From Candidatus Cloacimonadota bacterium (GTDB lineage: Bacteria; Cloacimonadota; Cloacimonadia; G963667145): a stretch of 64,000 nucleotides of DNA. How positions within the stretch are numbered: the stretch's first letter is position 1; each line of letters begins with the position of its first letter. Where the stretch lies: assembly GCA_963676615.1 (NCBI GenBank), contig OY781092.1, positions 1,024,001 to 1,088,000 on the forward strand, read 5' to 3'. The position numbers were made by a program, and so were the translations under genes. Positions 44,102-55,237 of this stretch are shown here, piece by piece. Below the pieces are notes generated by a model, which saw only the letters and a list, made by a program, of their open reading frames with translations, did no database searches and was not told the DNA's origin.

Positions 44102-44586
44102 TTCGCCTGCGGCGGGCTTTCATCTTTTCGGGCGTCCGAAAAGAGAAACAGAAAAGGACGCCCGCTTCAAATAGCCAGAGAGGTTTCGAGAGGTGAATCA
44201 AGAGTTCCAAGGAAAAGAGCACCTCCGCAATTTGCCCATAGCCTTTTGATTGAAATTGTCAGTTTTGCAGTTTTACAGACGGCTGTTTTTCTCGCTGTCT
44301 CTCCCGTTGAAGCGGGATGACGGCTCGCTCCCACTTGAGCGCCTAGACTGGCGATAGGGCGGAAACCTCCGCTTCAGAAAAGACTAAAGACACGAACTGT
44401 AGCCTTTTGAGCCTGCAAAACTGCCTAAGAAATCCGCAAACTTTGCGAAAAATACACGGGAACGACCACACTTTATTCTTTCTGGTGACTCGGGGCGTCT
44501 TTTGGCATTGAAGCGGAGCGGTTTTCTTTTCTCCTCCATCTTTTCTTTGAGCGGTCAAAGAAAAGATGGAGTCCCGCTGAAAGCGG
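44102..44586. repeat. Palindrome-rich non-coding element
   Basis: Hairpins at 44123-44144 and a perfect 17-bp stem at 44534-44571. Confidence 0.5.
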
Positions 44587-44860
44587 CACAGCAAATAGCT
44601 TAGCGATTTCGTTCCCCAGCACCTTTTTAATCCTTACAAGCATTAGAAACATTTTAACTTTTTTGGACTAAATAGGTGCTAGGAGAAAGGTAAATAAAAA
44701 ATCGAGTCCACTATTTTTAGGACAGGACAAGGTTCTGAAGCGGCAACCCCAAAGCCTCTGCTCACTCAAGCTGGCGATGGATTGGGACAGGTATTTTAAT
44801 TTCTACCCACCTAACCACATAAATGAAGTCTCAAATAATTAGCCGTTTTATGTAGGCAGA

Positions 44861-46504
44861 CTACCTTTTTCCCCACTCTTTCTCACGCAGTTCCACTCTT
44901 CTGGTTTTCCCGCTGATAGTCTTTGGCAGAGACTGCACAAACTCGATTTTCCGCGGATATTTATACGGCGCAGTGGTCGATTTGACATGCTCCTGCAACT
45001 CCGCAACAAGCTCCTTGTTGCCCTCATAGCCGTTCTTCAAAATCACAAAAGCTTTCACGACCTCGCCTCGAATCTCATCGGGAGAAGACACAACCGCAGA
45101 TTCAGCCACCGCTGGATGCTCCTGCAAAGCGCTCTCCACCTCAAAAGGTCCAATCCTGTAGCCCGAGCTGATAATCACATCGTCGCTTCGCCCAACAAAC
45201 CAAAAATATCCGTCCTCATCCTTATACGCCTTATCCCCCGTGAGATACCAGTCCTTGAAAAACACCTTGTCCGTCATCTCTTTGTTGTTCATATACTCGC
45301 GAAAAAGCGCCGGCGGCCTATTCGGCTTCACCCGCACAGCAATATCGCCCTCAAGCCCAGCAGCTAGCTCATTTCCGTCCTGATCGATAACCGAAACATA
45401 ATACCCAGGAGCTGGCTTACCCATCGATCCTGGTCTTGGCTCAATCGTCGGGAAAGTTCCCACAAGGCAAATCGTCTCCGACTGCCCATAATATTCACAA
45501 ATCGGTAGCCCCGTATTCTTCTTCCAAACATTAAAAACTTCGGAATTTAGCGGCTCGCCCGCAGACAAACATTTTTTCAAAACAGGAAAATCGCACTTCG
45601 CCAAATCTTCTAGACACAGCAAACGGTAAACCGTCGGAGGTGCGCAAAATTGCGTAATCGGATATTTCTGCAAAAAATCCAGCGTCTTCTTCGGATCAAA
45701 CGCTTTGCTATTATACACAAAAGCCGCCGCGCCGAGGTTCCACACATTAAAAAAAGCGCCCCAGGCGGTCTTCGCCCAGCCAGTGTCCGTGATCGTGAAC
45801 ATCAAATCGTCTTCCTCGATTTCCTGCATAAACTTGCCCGTGAGCATATGGCAATACGGATAACTCGCCTGCGTATGCACCGTCATCTTGGGCATTCCGG
45901 TCGTCCCCGAGGTAAAATACAAGTAGCACATATCGTCGCTTCTGGTATTTTCCGCCGTAAAATCAGCCGACGCTTGCGACAATTCCGTCTCATAATTCAG
46001 CCAGCCGTCTTCGTTAATCTTCCCCTGATCTTTAACAAAAATGAAAGTTTTCAGCTTCTTATCGACCTTTTTCACCAAATTGACCTTTTTGGCAAACTCC
46101 TCGTCACAAACAACGCAGCTCGCATGCGAAAGCTCAAGCCGATAACGAATATCCTTGTCCGTCAAGGTAATCGTCGCTGGAGTAACCACAGCTCCCAGCC
46201 GAAAGCAAGCCAAATTAACTTCCCACCATTGCACAATCTTCGGCATCGCCAAAAACACAATATCGCCCTTTTTAACGCCTTGATTTTTCAAAACATTAGC
46301 GAACTTTTTCGACCTTTGAGAAAGCTCATAATAAGTGATTTTTTTCTCATTGCCAAGATCGTCCACCCAGATCATCGCGATTTTTTCTTTATCTTCAGCC
46401 CATTTATCAAAAACATCTTTGGAAAAATTAAAAAATTCAGGAATTTCCCACTGAAAATCGGCGTAGGTCTTTTCGTAATTTGTTATTTTGCTCAACTTTT
46501 GCAT
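44861..46504 (-). CDS. Acyl-CoA synthetase (ACSM/acetate-CoA ligase family)
   Basis: FTSGTTGMPK, YGQSET, TGD, GRSDD and PKTISGK. Confidence 0.92.
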   Translation of the reverse strand: MQKLSKITNYEKTYADFQWEIPEFFNFSKDVFDKWAEDKEKIAMIWVDDLGNEKKITYYELSQRSKKFANVLKNQGVKKGDIVFLAMPKIVQWWEVNLACFRLGAVVTPATITLTDKDIRYRLELSHASCVVCDEEFAKKVNLVKKVDKKLKTFIFVKDQGKINEDGWLNYETELSQASADFTAENTRSDDMCYLYFTSGTTGMPKMTVHTQASYPYCHMLTGKFMQEIEEDDLMFTITDTGWAKTAWGAFFNVWNLGAAAFVYNSKAFDPKKTLDFLQKYPITQFCAPPTVYRLLCLEDLAKCDFPVLKKCLSAGEPLNSEVFNVWKKNTGLPICEYYGQSETICLVGTFPTIEPRPGSMGKPAPGYYVSVIDQDGNELAAGLEGDIAVRVKPNRPPALFREYMNNKEMTDKVFFKDWYLTGDKAYKDEDGYFWFVGRSDDVIISSGYRIGPFEVESALQEHPAVAESAVVSSPDEIRGEVVKAFVILKNGYEGNKELVAELQEHVKSTTAPYKYPRKIEFVQSLPKTISGKTRRVELREKEWGKR

Positions 46505-46616
46505 TTCACAACTCCTTGATAAGTTTGCATTTCAAAGTTTTCTAAACTTATTTTTTAGTCAATCAAAAAACAAATCTCGCTTTTTTTTGAGGAGGATAAG
46601 CAGGAAAACTGCCAGA

Positions 46617-49600
46617 CTACTTTACTTTATGTGCTAGCAGCGAATAAACCGCAGGGATTACAAATAGCGTGAGGAAAGTCGCAACAACGAGCCCGCCGAT
46701 GCTCACCACTCCCATTCCCACACGCAACTCAACTCCCGCATCGCCGATGCCCAGAGCCATCGGAAGCATTCCCAAAATGATAGCAACCACAGACATTACC
46801 ACTGGACGCAACTTCGTCGGACAAGCCTCCAAAAGAGCCTCTCGTGGCGACATCCCGCCGCGTTTTAGCTGATTGGTGTAGTCCAAAAGCAAAATCGCCG
46901 CATTAACCACAATTCCGATGAGCATAATCACCGCCATCATCGACATAATGTTGAGGTTTTGCCCAGTAACAATCAGCGACCAAATCACTCCGATGAGTCC
47001 CAAAGGCAAAGTTGCCATTATGTAGAGCGGCTGAATGAAGCTCTCCAAAATCGCCGCCAAAAGCATATAGGTGAGCACAATTGCCAAAATCGCCGCCTGC
47101 ACCATCGCGCTTACAGCTTTTTCCATCTCGTCGGAACTACCGCCCCAGCTTACCGAATATTCTGGTGGCATATTTAGCTGAGCAATCATCTGCTTTACCT
47201 GCGCCACAACATCCGTGAGCGGCACGCCCGTGGAGTTGCCTCCCGTGAACTGAATGGAGTTGATGCGATCGTCGTGGATGACCTTGTTTGCCATATTCAC
47301 AAAACTAACATCCGCCAGTTGGGAAAGCGTAAAAACGCCCTTGGCTGTAACAATCGGGATGTTTTTAATTTTGCCCAAATCGTCCACAGACTCGTCGGTA
47401 AATTTTGCCCGAATGTCGTATTTGTCGCCATTGTCGTCGTATTGCGTGGAAACCGCTCCGTTGAGCGAAGCCCGCATCATCGCTCCCAAAGTTGCAACAT
47501 CCAAGCCAGCCTCTCTCAACATTTTGCGTTTTGGATTTAGCTGCACCTCGGGTTTAGCGTCGCCCACAGAGTTCTTGAAGTTAACCAAACCGTCAATCTT
47601 GCGAGATTCTGCCATCACAATCTCTTTATATTCGTCTAGCTTTTGCTGATCTGGACCTCGCAAATCGAACTGAATAGCCGCTCCCATTCCGCCATTGCTG
47701 AGCTCCAGCTTGATGTCCGCTCCAGGATAGTCCGCCAAAAGTTCGGCAATCTTAACCGAAACCTGCGGCGTGGCAAGCTTGCGATCTTTTGCGTCCACCA
47801 GCTTAATATACGCCGTCCCCAAATTTTTGCCCCTATCCAGCACGCCCTGATTTCCCAGCTTGCTCATCACCAACTTTACTTCAGGCACTTGCGCGATCTT
47901 TTTTTGTAAATCCAAAAAAGTTTTCTCGGTCTGGTCCATACTCGTGCCGCTTGCCATGGTCACATTCATCGTAATCTCACCGTTATCCATATACGGCACA
48001 TAGTCCGCACCGATTGTGGTAGCTGCAAATATCGAAACCACCAGCAGTACAAACGGCAAAAAAATCGCCATTATAGATCTAAATTTCGTATGGAGAATCT
48101 TCTCCAAACTAATCCGATACCAATCATCGACTTTGTCCAAAAATCCCTCTATCGCAAGACCAATTCGATTTTTCTTTTGCTTTTCGGGCAAAATCAACGA
48201 AGCCAACATCGGCGTGAGCGTAAAAGCGTAAAAAAGCGAGAAAAACGAGGCAATCACCACTGTGTAGGCGAACTCCTTGAAGAAAATTCCAGCAATCGAG
48301 TTCATACTGCCGATGGGAACGAACACCACCACATTTGTAAGGGTTGACGCCAAAACCACCACCACCACCTCTGCAGTTCCCGCAGCCGAAGCTTTTTTGC
48401 GTCCATCGCCTTTTCGCATATGACGGAAAATATTTTCTAGCACCACCACAGAATGCGACACCAGCACTCCCACCGAAGTGGAAAGACCCATCAGCGACAT
48501 CATATCCAAACTGTAGCCCATCCAGCTCATCACCATAAACGACGACACCAGCGACGCGGGCATCGTTAGAGCGACAATCAAAGTTGAGCGTAAATCGTGC
48601 AAAAAGAAAAGAAGCACAAGCGCCGTAAACAACACACCCAAAATCAAAGTGCTTAGCGTATCTTTCACCGAACCTTGGATAAAATTCGCCTCGTTTTGAA
48701 TAATTTTGAGCGTCGTGCCCGTGGGCAAATCGGAGCTTAAATCGTCGATTTTCTCCTTAACCAACTTCGAAATCGCCACAGGATTGCCTTCCGAAGATTT
48801 TACAATCTCCAAAATCACCACATTTTGGCTCGATTTTTTGGAAATATTATCGTAAAAAAGCGCTTTGGTGTCCATCTCCTTTTCGCCATCGATCACATCC
48901 GCTATCTGCCCAATCTGCTTAATCCCTCTGGGCGTAGCAACCCCAGAGCGAGCAATCTGCTGCAGCGAAGAGTATTGCCCTTTGCTTTTAACGGAAATAT
49001 CTTGCCCATCGCCAATATAGCTGCCGGCTGGCACATCAACATTCGCGCCACCAAGAGCCTGCGAAAGCTGCAGCGGAGTAAAAAGCTCCTGCCGCGCCAT
49101 CGCTGGGGTCATCTCCACCTTTATCTCCCGCTTAATTCCACCAATCAAATTAACCGTCGAGACTCCCTCAACCTGATTAAACTGGTCTTTCAGCCTCTTG
49201 TCCGCCAGATGATAAAGCTCCACTGGCGTCATATTTTCGGTAAAAAGCACCAGCTGAATAATCGGCATTTGCTCTGGGTCAAACTTGCTCACCACAGGAA
49301 TTTCTGCCCCTTTCGCCAAATTGTTCACCACCGCATCGATCTTGCTCTTCACCTCCGCCTTCGCCACATCTGCGTCTTTGCCCAGCTCAAACTTAATCTC
49401 GATAAGCGAAACATTTTCCATCGAATAAGAGGTAATCTCATCGATTCTGGAGACCGTCGCAATCTCGTCCTCCAAAATATCCGAAACACCACTAGCCACC
49501 TCTTGCGGTCCCGCTCCTGGATAGAGCGTCTGCACCGTCACATACGGAATATCAACCTTAGGATAAAGATTTACCGGCAATTTGAAATACGCAAGAGCTC

Positions 49601-49673
49601 CAAAAATAATCGAAACCGACAAAATCATCGTCATCATAATCGGTCGTTTTATAGAAATATTCGACAAAAACAT
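46617..49673 (-). CDS. RND efflux permease (AcrB/MdtC family)
   Basis: SIKRP, VVVLENI, GIVVNAAILL and LRPV; 1018 aa. Confidence 0.93.
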   Translation of the reverse strand: MFLSNISIKRPIMMTMILSVSIIFGALAYFKLPVNLYPKVDIPYVTVQTLYPGAGPQEVASGVSDILEDEIATVSRIDEITSYSMENVSLIEIKFELGKDADVAKAEVKSKIDAVVNNLAKGAEIPVVSKFDPEQMPIIQLVLFTENMTPVELYHLADKRLKDQFNQVEGVSTVNLIGGIKREIKVEMTPAMARQELFTPLQLSQALGGANVDVPAGSYIGDGQDISVKSKGQYSSLQQIARSGVATPRGIKQIGQIADVIDGEKEMDTKALFYDNISKKSSQNVVILEIVKSSEGNPVAISKLVKEKIDDLSSDLPTGTTLKIIQNEANFIQGSVKDTLSTLILGVLFTALVLLFFLHDLRSTLIVALTMPASLVSSFMVMSWMGYSLDMMSLMGLSTSVGVLVSHSVVVLENIFRHMRKGDGRKKASAAGTAEVVVVVLASTLTNVVVFVPIGSMNSIAGIFFKEFAYTVVIASFFSLFYAFTLTPMLASLILPEKQKKNRIGLAIEGFLDKVDDWYRISLEKILHTKFRSIMAIFLPFVLLVVSIFAATTIGADYVPYMDNGEITMNVTMASGTSMDQTEKTFLDLQKKIAQVPEVKLVMSKLGNQGVLDRGKNLGTAYIKLVDAKDRKLATPQVSVKIAELLADYPGADIKLELSNGGMGAAIQFDLRGPDQQKLDEYKEIVMAESRKIDGLVNFKNSVGDAKPEVQLNPKRKMLREAGLDVATLGAMMRASLNGAVSTQYDDNGDKYDIRAKFTDESVDDLGKIKNIPIVTAKGVFTLSQLADVSFVNMANKVIHDDRINSIQFTGGNSTGVPLTDVVAQVKQMIAQLNMPPEYSVSWGGSSDEMEKAVSAMVQAAILAIVLTYMLLAAILESFIQPLYIMATLPLGLIGVIWSLIVTGQNLNIMSMMAVIMLIGIVVNAAILLLDYTNQLKRGGMSPREALLEACPTKLRPVVMSVVAIILGMLPMALGIGDAGVELRVGMGVVSIGGLVVATFLTLFVIPAVYSLLAHKVK

Positions 49674-49709
49674 CTTCTACCTCTTTTCCTTTATCAAAAA
49701 AACTACCGT

Positions 49710-50720
49710 CTATTGCGTAATATTGACTTTGCAACCGTCGTAAACCGTGCTGTAACCGTCGATTATCACCTGCTCTCCACTAACAATCCCGCTCACGCAA
49801 GACTGGGTCTGGTTTTGATTTTCAACCTTGACGAACCTTTTTTTGGCGACACCATTTTCCACCACAAAAACATAGCTCTTACCAGCCTCTTTTTGGATAA
49901 TTTTTGACGGCACCACCTTCTGATTTGGCAAATCAACCACTCGCACAAAAACATCAGCGAGCGCCCCCGAAAGAACCCGCAAATCGCTATTATCAAACTC
50001 CGCAAAACAAATAAAGCTCTGCGAAACAGGATCTTTGGACATCGACATCTCCGTGAGCTCCCCCAGCAATGTGATATCGTTCCACACCGCCCGCACCTTT
50101 TGCCCCTCTCGCATCTGCACAATCTGCGCCTCCGAAGCCTGCAACTTAGCTTTCAGCTTCGACAAATCGGACACCGTAAACAAAAAATCGCCTTGACTAA
50201 TATTGTCGGTCAAACTCACATTGATCGCAGTCATCACGCCGCTAATCGGGCTGGTGATAGCCACCAGTTTCGACGCCGACTCAAAATTCGCCTTATCAAC
50301 CTTATACTGCGTGGCGACATTGTCCATCTCCTGTTTCGAAATGCCACCTTTGGCAAAAATCTTCTTCATTCTCCGGTAAATTTTTTCACTATTATCGTAA
50401 GCAGATTTCGCCTGCAAATAGTTCGCCGACGGCTTATCGTCTGGGAATCGTATCACAACTTGATTTTTTTTCACTTTTTGCCCGACTCTGGCTTCGATGC
50501 CCGAAACTTCCGCCGAAATAGGGCTAAACTCGCTAGTCTGTTTATAACCTTTTAGCCCAGCCGTAAAATATATCTCCTTGGTAAACTCCTCATCGGCAAC
50601 CTTTTGCACCCGCACAGGCATCCCTTTGCGCTTTTGTATATCCGCAAGGCTCTCTTGCTTACTTTTTGAACAAGCAAACAATCCCGCCAAAATCACAACA
50701 ACAACGAAAAATCTTCTCAT
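49710..50720 (-). CDS. RND membrane fusion protein
   Basis: Lipoprotein signal LFAC, SPISG lipoyl-type motifs and operon position. Confidence 0.88.
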   Translation of the reverse strand: MRRFFVVVVILAGLFACSKSKQESLADIQKRKGMPVRVQKVADEEFTKEIYFTAGLKGYKQTSEFSPISAEVSGIEARVGQKVKKNQVVIRFPDDKPSANYLQAKSAYDNSEKIYRRMKKIFAKGGISKQEMDNVATQYKVDKANFESASKLVAITSPISGVMTAINVSLTDNISQGDFLFTVSDLSKLKAKLQASEAQIVQMREGQKVRAVWNDITLLGELTEMSMSKDPVSQSFICFAEFDNSDLRVLSGALADVFVRVVDLPNQKVVPSKIIQKEAGKSYVFVVENGVAKKRFVKVENQNQTQSCVSGIVSGEQVIIDGYSTVYDGCKVNITQ

Positions 50721-52090
50721 AACAACTCCCCAATAGCCATCTTATAGCTCTCAAAAGCGATAATATATTGATAAATACTGTTCAAATAGCCCAAATTCGC
50801 CACATTTTGCTGCAAAGTCGCATCCAAAAACTCCAGCTGCGTCGAAACTCCACTCTCATAGCGTCCCTGCGCAATACTGAAAGCTTTTTTTGCCAAAGCC
50901 AAATTCTCTTTTTGTGACATCCAGCTCTTTTTGGCCTGCACCAAACTGTAATAGCTATTTTGCACATCAAGCTTCACCAAATCTCTGGTGTTTAGCTCGG
51001 TTTCCTTAGCTTTGCGCCAATCGTATTGCTTAGCAGCCACCTTGTTCCAGCGTGCGCCGCTGGTAAAAATCGGCATAGAAGCCCCCAAACTCACCTGCCA
51101 ATAATCGCCCATATTGTCCGTTCCCAAGCTATTATCATCAGTTTGCGAAAACTTCTTATACTCAAAACCCGCCTGCAAATCTGGCAAAAAAGTCAGCTGC
51201 TCCATCCGAAAATCCCGCTTTTTGATTTTTGTGGCAAGCTCTGCAATCTCAATCTCTTTGCGCTTTTCAAAACTCCTGCTAATAGCCTCCTCCAGCGAGC
51301 TCAAACTCACCAATGGTGTCACAAAAGAGTCGGTCAGCACCAGTTCATCCTTATCTTTCCAACGAACATAATTCTTAAAAGTTTGCCGTGCTAAAATTCG
51401 GTCTTTCTCCGCCTGTTCCAGCGCTGGTTTCTGCTTGGTAACTTCCAACTTAGACCGCAAAAAATCGTATTGCGACACCACACCGTTCTTATATTTGCTC
51501 TGCACTTGGCGGAAATTTCTCTCGGCAACACTCAGCGCCTGTTTTTGCACATCATACTGCGCCTGCGCCAACAAAAGCGAATAGTAATACTTAATCAAAG
51601 TGAAAAGCACCTCTTGCTTTTTCAGCTCATACTGCTTTTTGCTTATTTTGGCGGCATCCGCTGCCATACTAATCATCGCGGGCGTTTGCACCGACAAAAT
51701 TTGCGTCGCCTGCACTCCATACGCAAAATCGGTCTGCTTGTCTGCGGGAATATTCGCATCTTGCAGCTCCGCTATCTCGTCCGCCAAAATCTTGTCGTCT
51801 CCGCTCATCCCCGCGGCAGCTGTCGAGAACTGCTTCATCCCGTCAACAAAAGCCGCTGATGGATCTGGATATGTAGTTTTTTTGTAGGAATAGCCACCAA
51901 CCAAATCGACCTGCAAAAGCGCTTCTCCCCAAGCCTGCAAATACTGCTTTTTCGCAATTTTTTGCTCATAATCGGAAGACCTAAGCTCCAAATTATTTTT
52001 CAACGCCAGCTTTTTTGCATCCTGCAAACTCAGCGAAAACAAGCTCGACCAACACAAAATCGCCAAAAACACACCCAATTTAACTCTCAT
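50717..52090 (-). CDS. TolC-family outer membrane efflux protein
   Basis: Signal peptide and duplicated Y..G..S...L OEP repeats. Confidence 0.88.
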   Translation of the reverse strand: MRVKLGVFLAILCWSSLFSLSLQDAKKLALKNNLELRSSDYEQKIAKKQYLQAWGEALLQVDLVGGYSYKKTTYPDPSAAFVDGMKQFSTAAAGMSGDDKILADEIAELQDANIPADKQTDFAYGVQATQILSVQTPAMISMAADAAKISKKQYELKKQEVLFTLIKYYYSLLLAQAQYDVQKQALSVAERNFRQVQSKYKNGVVSQYDFLRSKLEVTKQKPALEQAEKDRILARQTFKNYVRWKDKDELVLTDSFVTPLVSLSSLEEAISRSFEKRKEIEIAELATKIKKRDFRMEQLTFLPDLQAGFEYKKFSQTDDNSLGTDNMGDYWQVSLGASMPIFTSGARWNKVAAKQYDWRKAKETELNTRDLVKLDVQNSYYSLVQAKKSWMSQKENLALAKKAFSIAQGRYESGVSTQLEFLDATLQQNVANLGYLNSIYQYIIAFESYKMAIGELL

Positions 52091-52562
52091 CTTTCTTCAT
52101 CTCCTTCCATTCTTCTACAGCGTTTGTCACCTTTTTCAAGATAAAACTCGCAAACTCCAAATCTTCCTTGATAACTTTCTCAAAATCTTCGTCAAATTCG
52201 ATTTCGGCATCGGCAATCAGCTCCGACACCAAACTCTTAAAGCCAAAAAACAACTCTATCGAATCTTCCAGATGATCTTTCAGCGACGAACCCGACGGAA
52301 TGCGAAAATATCGCCTGCGCTCGTTGATTTTGCGAAAATCTTCCAATCGACCAAGCCCCAGCAGCAAGTTCAGCCCCAAACTCACAGCCCCTTTGCTCAG
52401 CTCCAGCGTGTCCTGAATATCCTCAAAAGACAAGCCCTTATTGCCCGTAACCAAAATCAGCCCCGCAATCATTGACGCCGAAGTTTTGTAGCCTCGCTTC
52501 TCTTCCAGAGTCACCGTCTTCTGTATCAATTTTTTCTGATTTAGTGTCAATTTTAACTTCAA
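52080..52562 (-). CDS. GbsR/MarR-family transcriptional regulator
   Basis: wHTH LSFEDI...LELSKGAVS..L and RRRYF. Heads the efflux operon. Confidence 0.8.
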   Translation of the reverse strand: MKLKLTLNQKKLIQKTVTLEEKRGYKTSASMIAGLILVTGNKGLSFEDIQDTLELSKGAVSLGLNLLLGLGRLEDFRKINERRRYFRIPSGSSLKDHLEDSIELFFGFKSLVSELIADAEIEFDEDFEKVIKEDLEFASFILKKVTNAVEEWKEMKKDES

Positions 52563-52651
52563 AAAAATCTCCTAGCCTTTAAACTTCATTTAGTTTAAAA
52601 ATAAATGAACTAAAAATTCGTCAAGAAAATATTTCGCTACCAAAAAATTTA

Positions 52652-53419
52652 CTACTTTTTAAGACAAAGATAAAGCCTATCGCCCTTATCCAGACAATAG
52701 CGCTCAATTTTGGACTCGCCCAAACTTTTTTGCATATCATACTCCAGCACCTCAAAACCCGCCTCCTGCAAGCGCTTGGGATAGTCCAGTCCATACAGAC
52801 GGACATGATCGTCCTGCCCATAAAGTTTCTCCCGCATTTTCGGGTCGGTAATCGTCGGATCTTCTTGCGTCTTTTGGGCGCTTGTGTTCATCGGCACCAT
52901 AAAAATTCCAAAGCCTTTGGGTTTCATCACCCGATAAAACTCGCTCAACACCTTCGCATCGTCGCTCACATGCTCCAGCAAATGATTGGCAAACACAACA
53001 TCAAAACTCGCATCCTCAAACGGAATTTTGTGCACATCAAAATGATAGTCCGCCCACGGCGAGCAAAGATCAGCAGTAACATATTCGATGTTTGGCAACT
53101 TCCGAAAAATCTTCAGAAAGCAATATTCTGGCGCCAAGTGTAAAACTTTATGCTTTTCTTGGAAAAAATCTGTCTCGTTTTGTAAAAATAGCCAAAACAG
53201 CCGATGACGCTCCAAAGACAGAGAATGCGACGCTAAAGCGTTTTTGCGTGGAGTCAATCGCCCATACGGCAAAAGTTTGCGATATTTTTTACCTGTAATC
53301 GGGTCTTCAAATTTTTTGCCCGCATAAAACCACGCAATACTGCACAAACCAAGATGAGCCACTTTGTGCAGGTGATGCCTCGGCACCACTCGCAACAAAA
53401 ATTTTATCAGAAATTTCAT
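52652..53419 (-). CDS. Class I SAM-dependent methyltransferase
   Basis: SLERHR, LHLAPE, FDVVFANHLLEHV and GQDDHVR.YG. Confidence 0.85.
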   Translation of the reverse strand: MKFLIKFLLRVVPRHHLHKVAHLGLCSIAWFYAGKKFEDPITGKKYRKLLPYGRLTPRKNALASHSLSLERHRLFWLFLQNETDFFQEKHKVLHLAPEYCFLKIFRKLPNIEYVTADLCSPWADYHFDVHKIPFEDASFDVVFANHLLEHVSDDAKVLSEFYRVMKPKGFGIFMVPMNTSAQKTQEDPTITDPKMREKLYGQDDHVRLYGLDYPKRLQEAGFEVLEYDMQKSLGESKIERYCLDKGDRLYLCLKK

Positions 53420-53436
53420 TTAATTATCCTTATTTA

Positions 53437-54024
53437 TCAATTCTTAAAGATTTTAAGAACAGTTAAAAAAATTATTTTAAAGTACTCTTTTAAAGATTTA
53501 TATTTAATATATTTCATATTTAAACGAATTTTTGCTGGCATAATTTTTTCGATATAAGTTTTCTCTGGATTCTCAGATTTTCCTAAAATTTCATTTTCAT
53601 TAGAAAAAAAAATCGAAGCATAGTCGGTTATTCCTGGTTTTATGTTCAACACTTTACTTTGCTCTTTTGTATAAAGACTAACATACTTCCTCACCTCAGG
53701 ACGCGGACCAACCAAACTCATATCACCCCTGAACACATTAAACAGCTGAGGTAATTCGTCTATTTTATACTTTCGGATAAACTTCCCAACTGTCGTTATC
53801 CTAAAATCTTCCCCTACAGTTATCAATCCCTTTTTATCTGAATCCACAACCATAGAACGGAATTTAAACAACTTGAAATTTTTGTTGTTTTTCCCAACTC
53901 TAGATTGGCTATAAAAAACTCCTCCTTTGGTCTCCATCGAAATGCAAAATGCAACAATCAAAAAAATGGGAGAAAGAAATAATATGCCAAAAAAAGAAAA
54001 AACTATATCAAAAAATCTAGTCAT
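53437..54024 (-). CDS. Initiating sugar (phosphoglycosyl) transferase
   Basis: KFRSM, DELPQL, GDMSLVGPRP and KPGIT. Confidence 0.92.
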   Translation of the reverse strand: MTRFFDIVFSFFGILFLSPIFLIVAFCISMETKGGVFYSQSRVGKNNKNFKLFKFRSMVVDSDKKGLITVGEDFRITTVGKFIRKYKIDELPQLFNVFRGDMSLVGPRPEVRKYVSLYTKEQSKVLNIKPGITDYASIFFSNENEILGKSENPEKTYIEKIMPAKIRLNMKYIKYKSLKEYFKIIFLTVLKIFKN

Positions 54025-55237
54025 GCAATAAATTTTTTTGAGTAGAAAAAACTACTGCTTCTAGCACTTCGTCAAGCTGTTCATCTGTTAAATTATAATA
54101 AACAGGCAAACTTATCTCCCTGGAATAATTATCATAAGCCGTCGGATAATCAGCCATTTTATACCCCCTGCTTTTATAAGCAGTTAAAAGCGGAAGAGGT
54201 TGAAAATGAACATTTACTGAAACCCCTTTTTCAAAAATATTTTGAATTATCTCGTCTCGCTGCTTTTCTGTAATATTTTTTATCCTAAGTGGGTATATAT
54301 GACAAGATGACACCCTGTTTTCATCGGCAATTATCGGCAACTCAAAAATTTCGTAATTTGAAAAAACTTCGTTATAAGTTTCCATTATCATCTTCCGCCT
54401 AGCCAATGTTTCAGAATCATAATACTTCAAATCTATTAAACCCAGCGAAGCCTGAATATCTGTCATATTTCCTTTATATCCGGCATCGAGAACATCATAT
54501 TTCCAATTACCAATTTCCGTTTTTGCAAGTGCATCTTTAGATTGTCCGTGCAAGCTCATAATATTCAGCTTTGTGTAAATATCATCACAATTAAACTGCC
54601 TAGGCAAATTTAGAGCAATTGCCCCACCTTCAGCTGTAGTTAAATTTTTTACTGCATGAAAAGAAAAAACAGAAACATCAGTGAGAGATCCTGAGCGCTT
54701 GTTTTTATACAAAGCTCCAAAGGAATGAGCAGCGTCCGAAAGAATCAAAATCCTTCCCATTTTTTTTTGAACATCTGTTTTAGCATCAAATATTTTTTTT
54801 ATCTGGGGACTCTCCACCATTTTATTTAAGCTCTCATAGTCACAAGGCAATCCCGCAATATCAACTGGGATAATGGCTTTAGTCCGCTTCGTTATTGCAT
54901 TTTTTACAGCTTTTACATTTATCGTAAAATCCTCTGCATTTGAGTCAACCAAAACTGGAGTTGCCCCACAATGTATAATAACATTTGCCGAAGCGCAATA
55001 AGTATAAGCAGGTACGATAACCTCATCGCCAAATCCAACACCAAACCATCGTAAAATCAGCTCAAGCCCAAAAGTTGCGGAGTTTAAGCATAAAGTTTTT
55101 TTATGCCCACAATATTTTGTTATTTCTTTTTCAAACTTTTTTGTTTTGGGACCTGTTGTAATCCAACCAGATCGGAGTGTGTCCACAACTTCATCAATCG
55201 CTTCTTGCCTAATATTAGGCGGTGAAAATGGTATCAT
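54017..55237 (-). CDS. DegT/DnrJ/EryC1/StrS aminotransferase
   Basis: GWITTGP, DAAH and SFHAVKNLTTAEGG. Confidence 0.92.
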   Translation of the reverse strand: MIPFSPPNIRQEAIDEVVDTLRSGWITTGPKTKKFEKEITKYCGHKKTLCLNSATFGLELILRWFGVGFGDEVIVPAYTYCASANVIIHCGATPVLVDSNAEDFTINVKAVKNAITKRTKAIIPVDIAGLPCDYESLNKMVESPQIKKIFDAKTDVQKKMGRILILSDAAHSFGALYKNKRSGSLTDVSVFSFHAVKNLTTAEGGAIALNLPRQFNCDDIYTKLNIMSLHGQSKDALAKTEIGNWKYDVLDAGYKGNMTDIQASLGLIDLKYYDSETLARRKMIMETYNEVFSNYEIFELPIIADENRVSSCHIYPLRIKNITEKQRDEIIQNIFEKGVSVNVHFQPLPLLTAYKSRGYKMADYPTAYDNYSREISLPVYYNLTDEQLDEVLEAVVFSTQKNLLHD

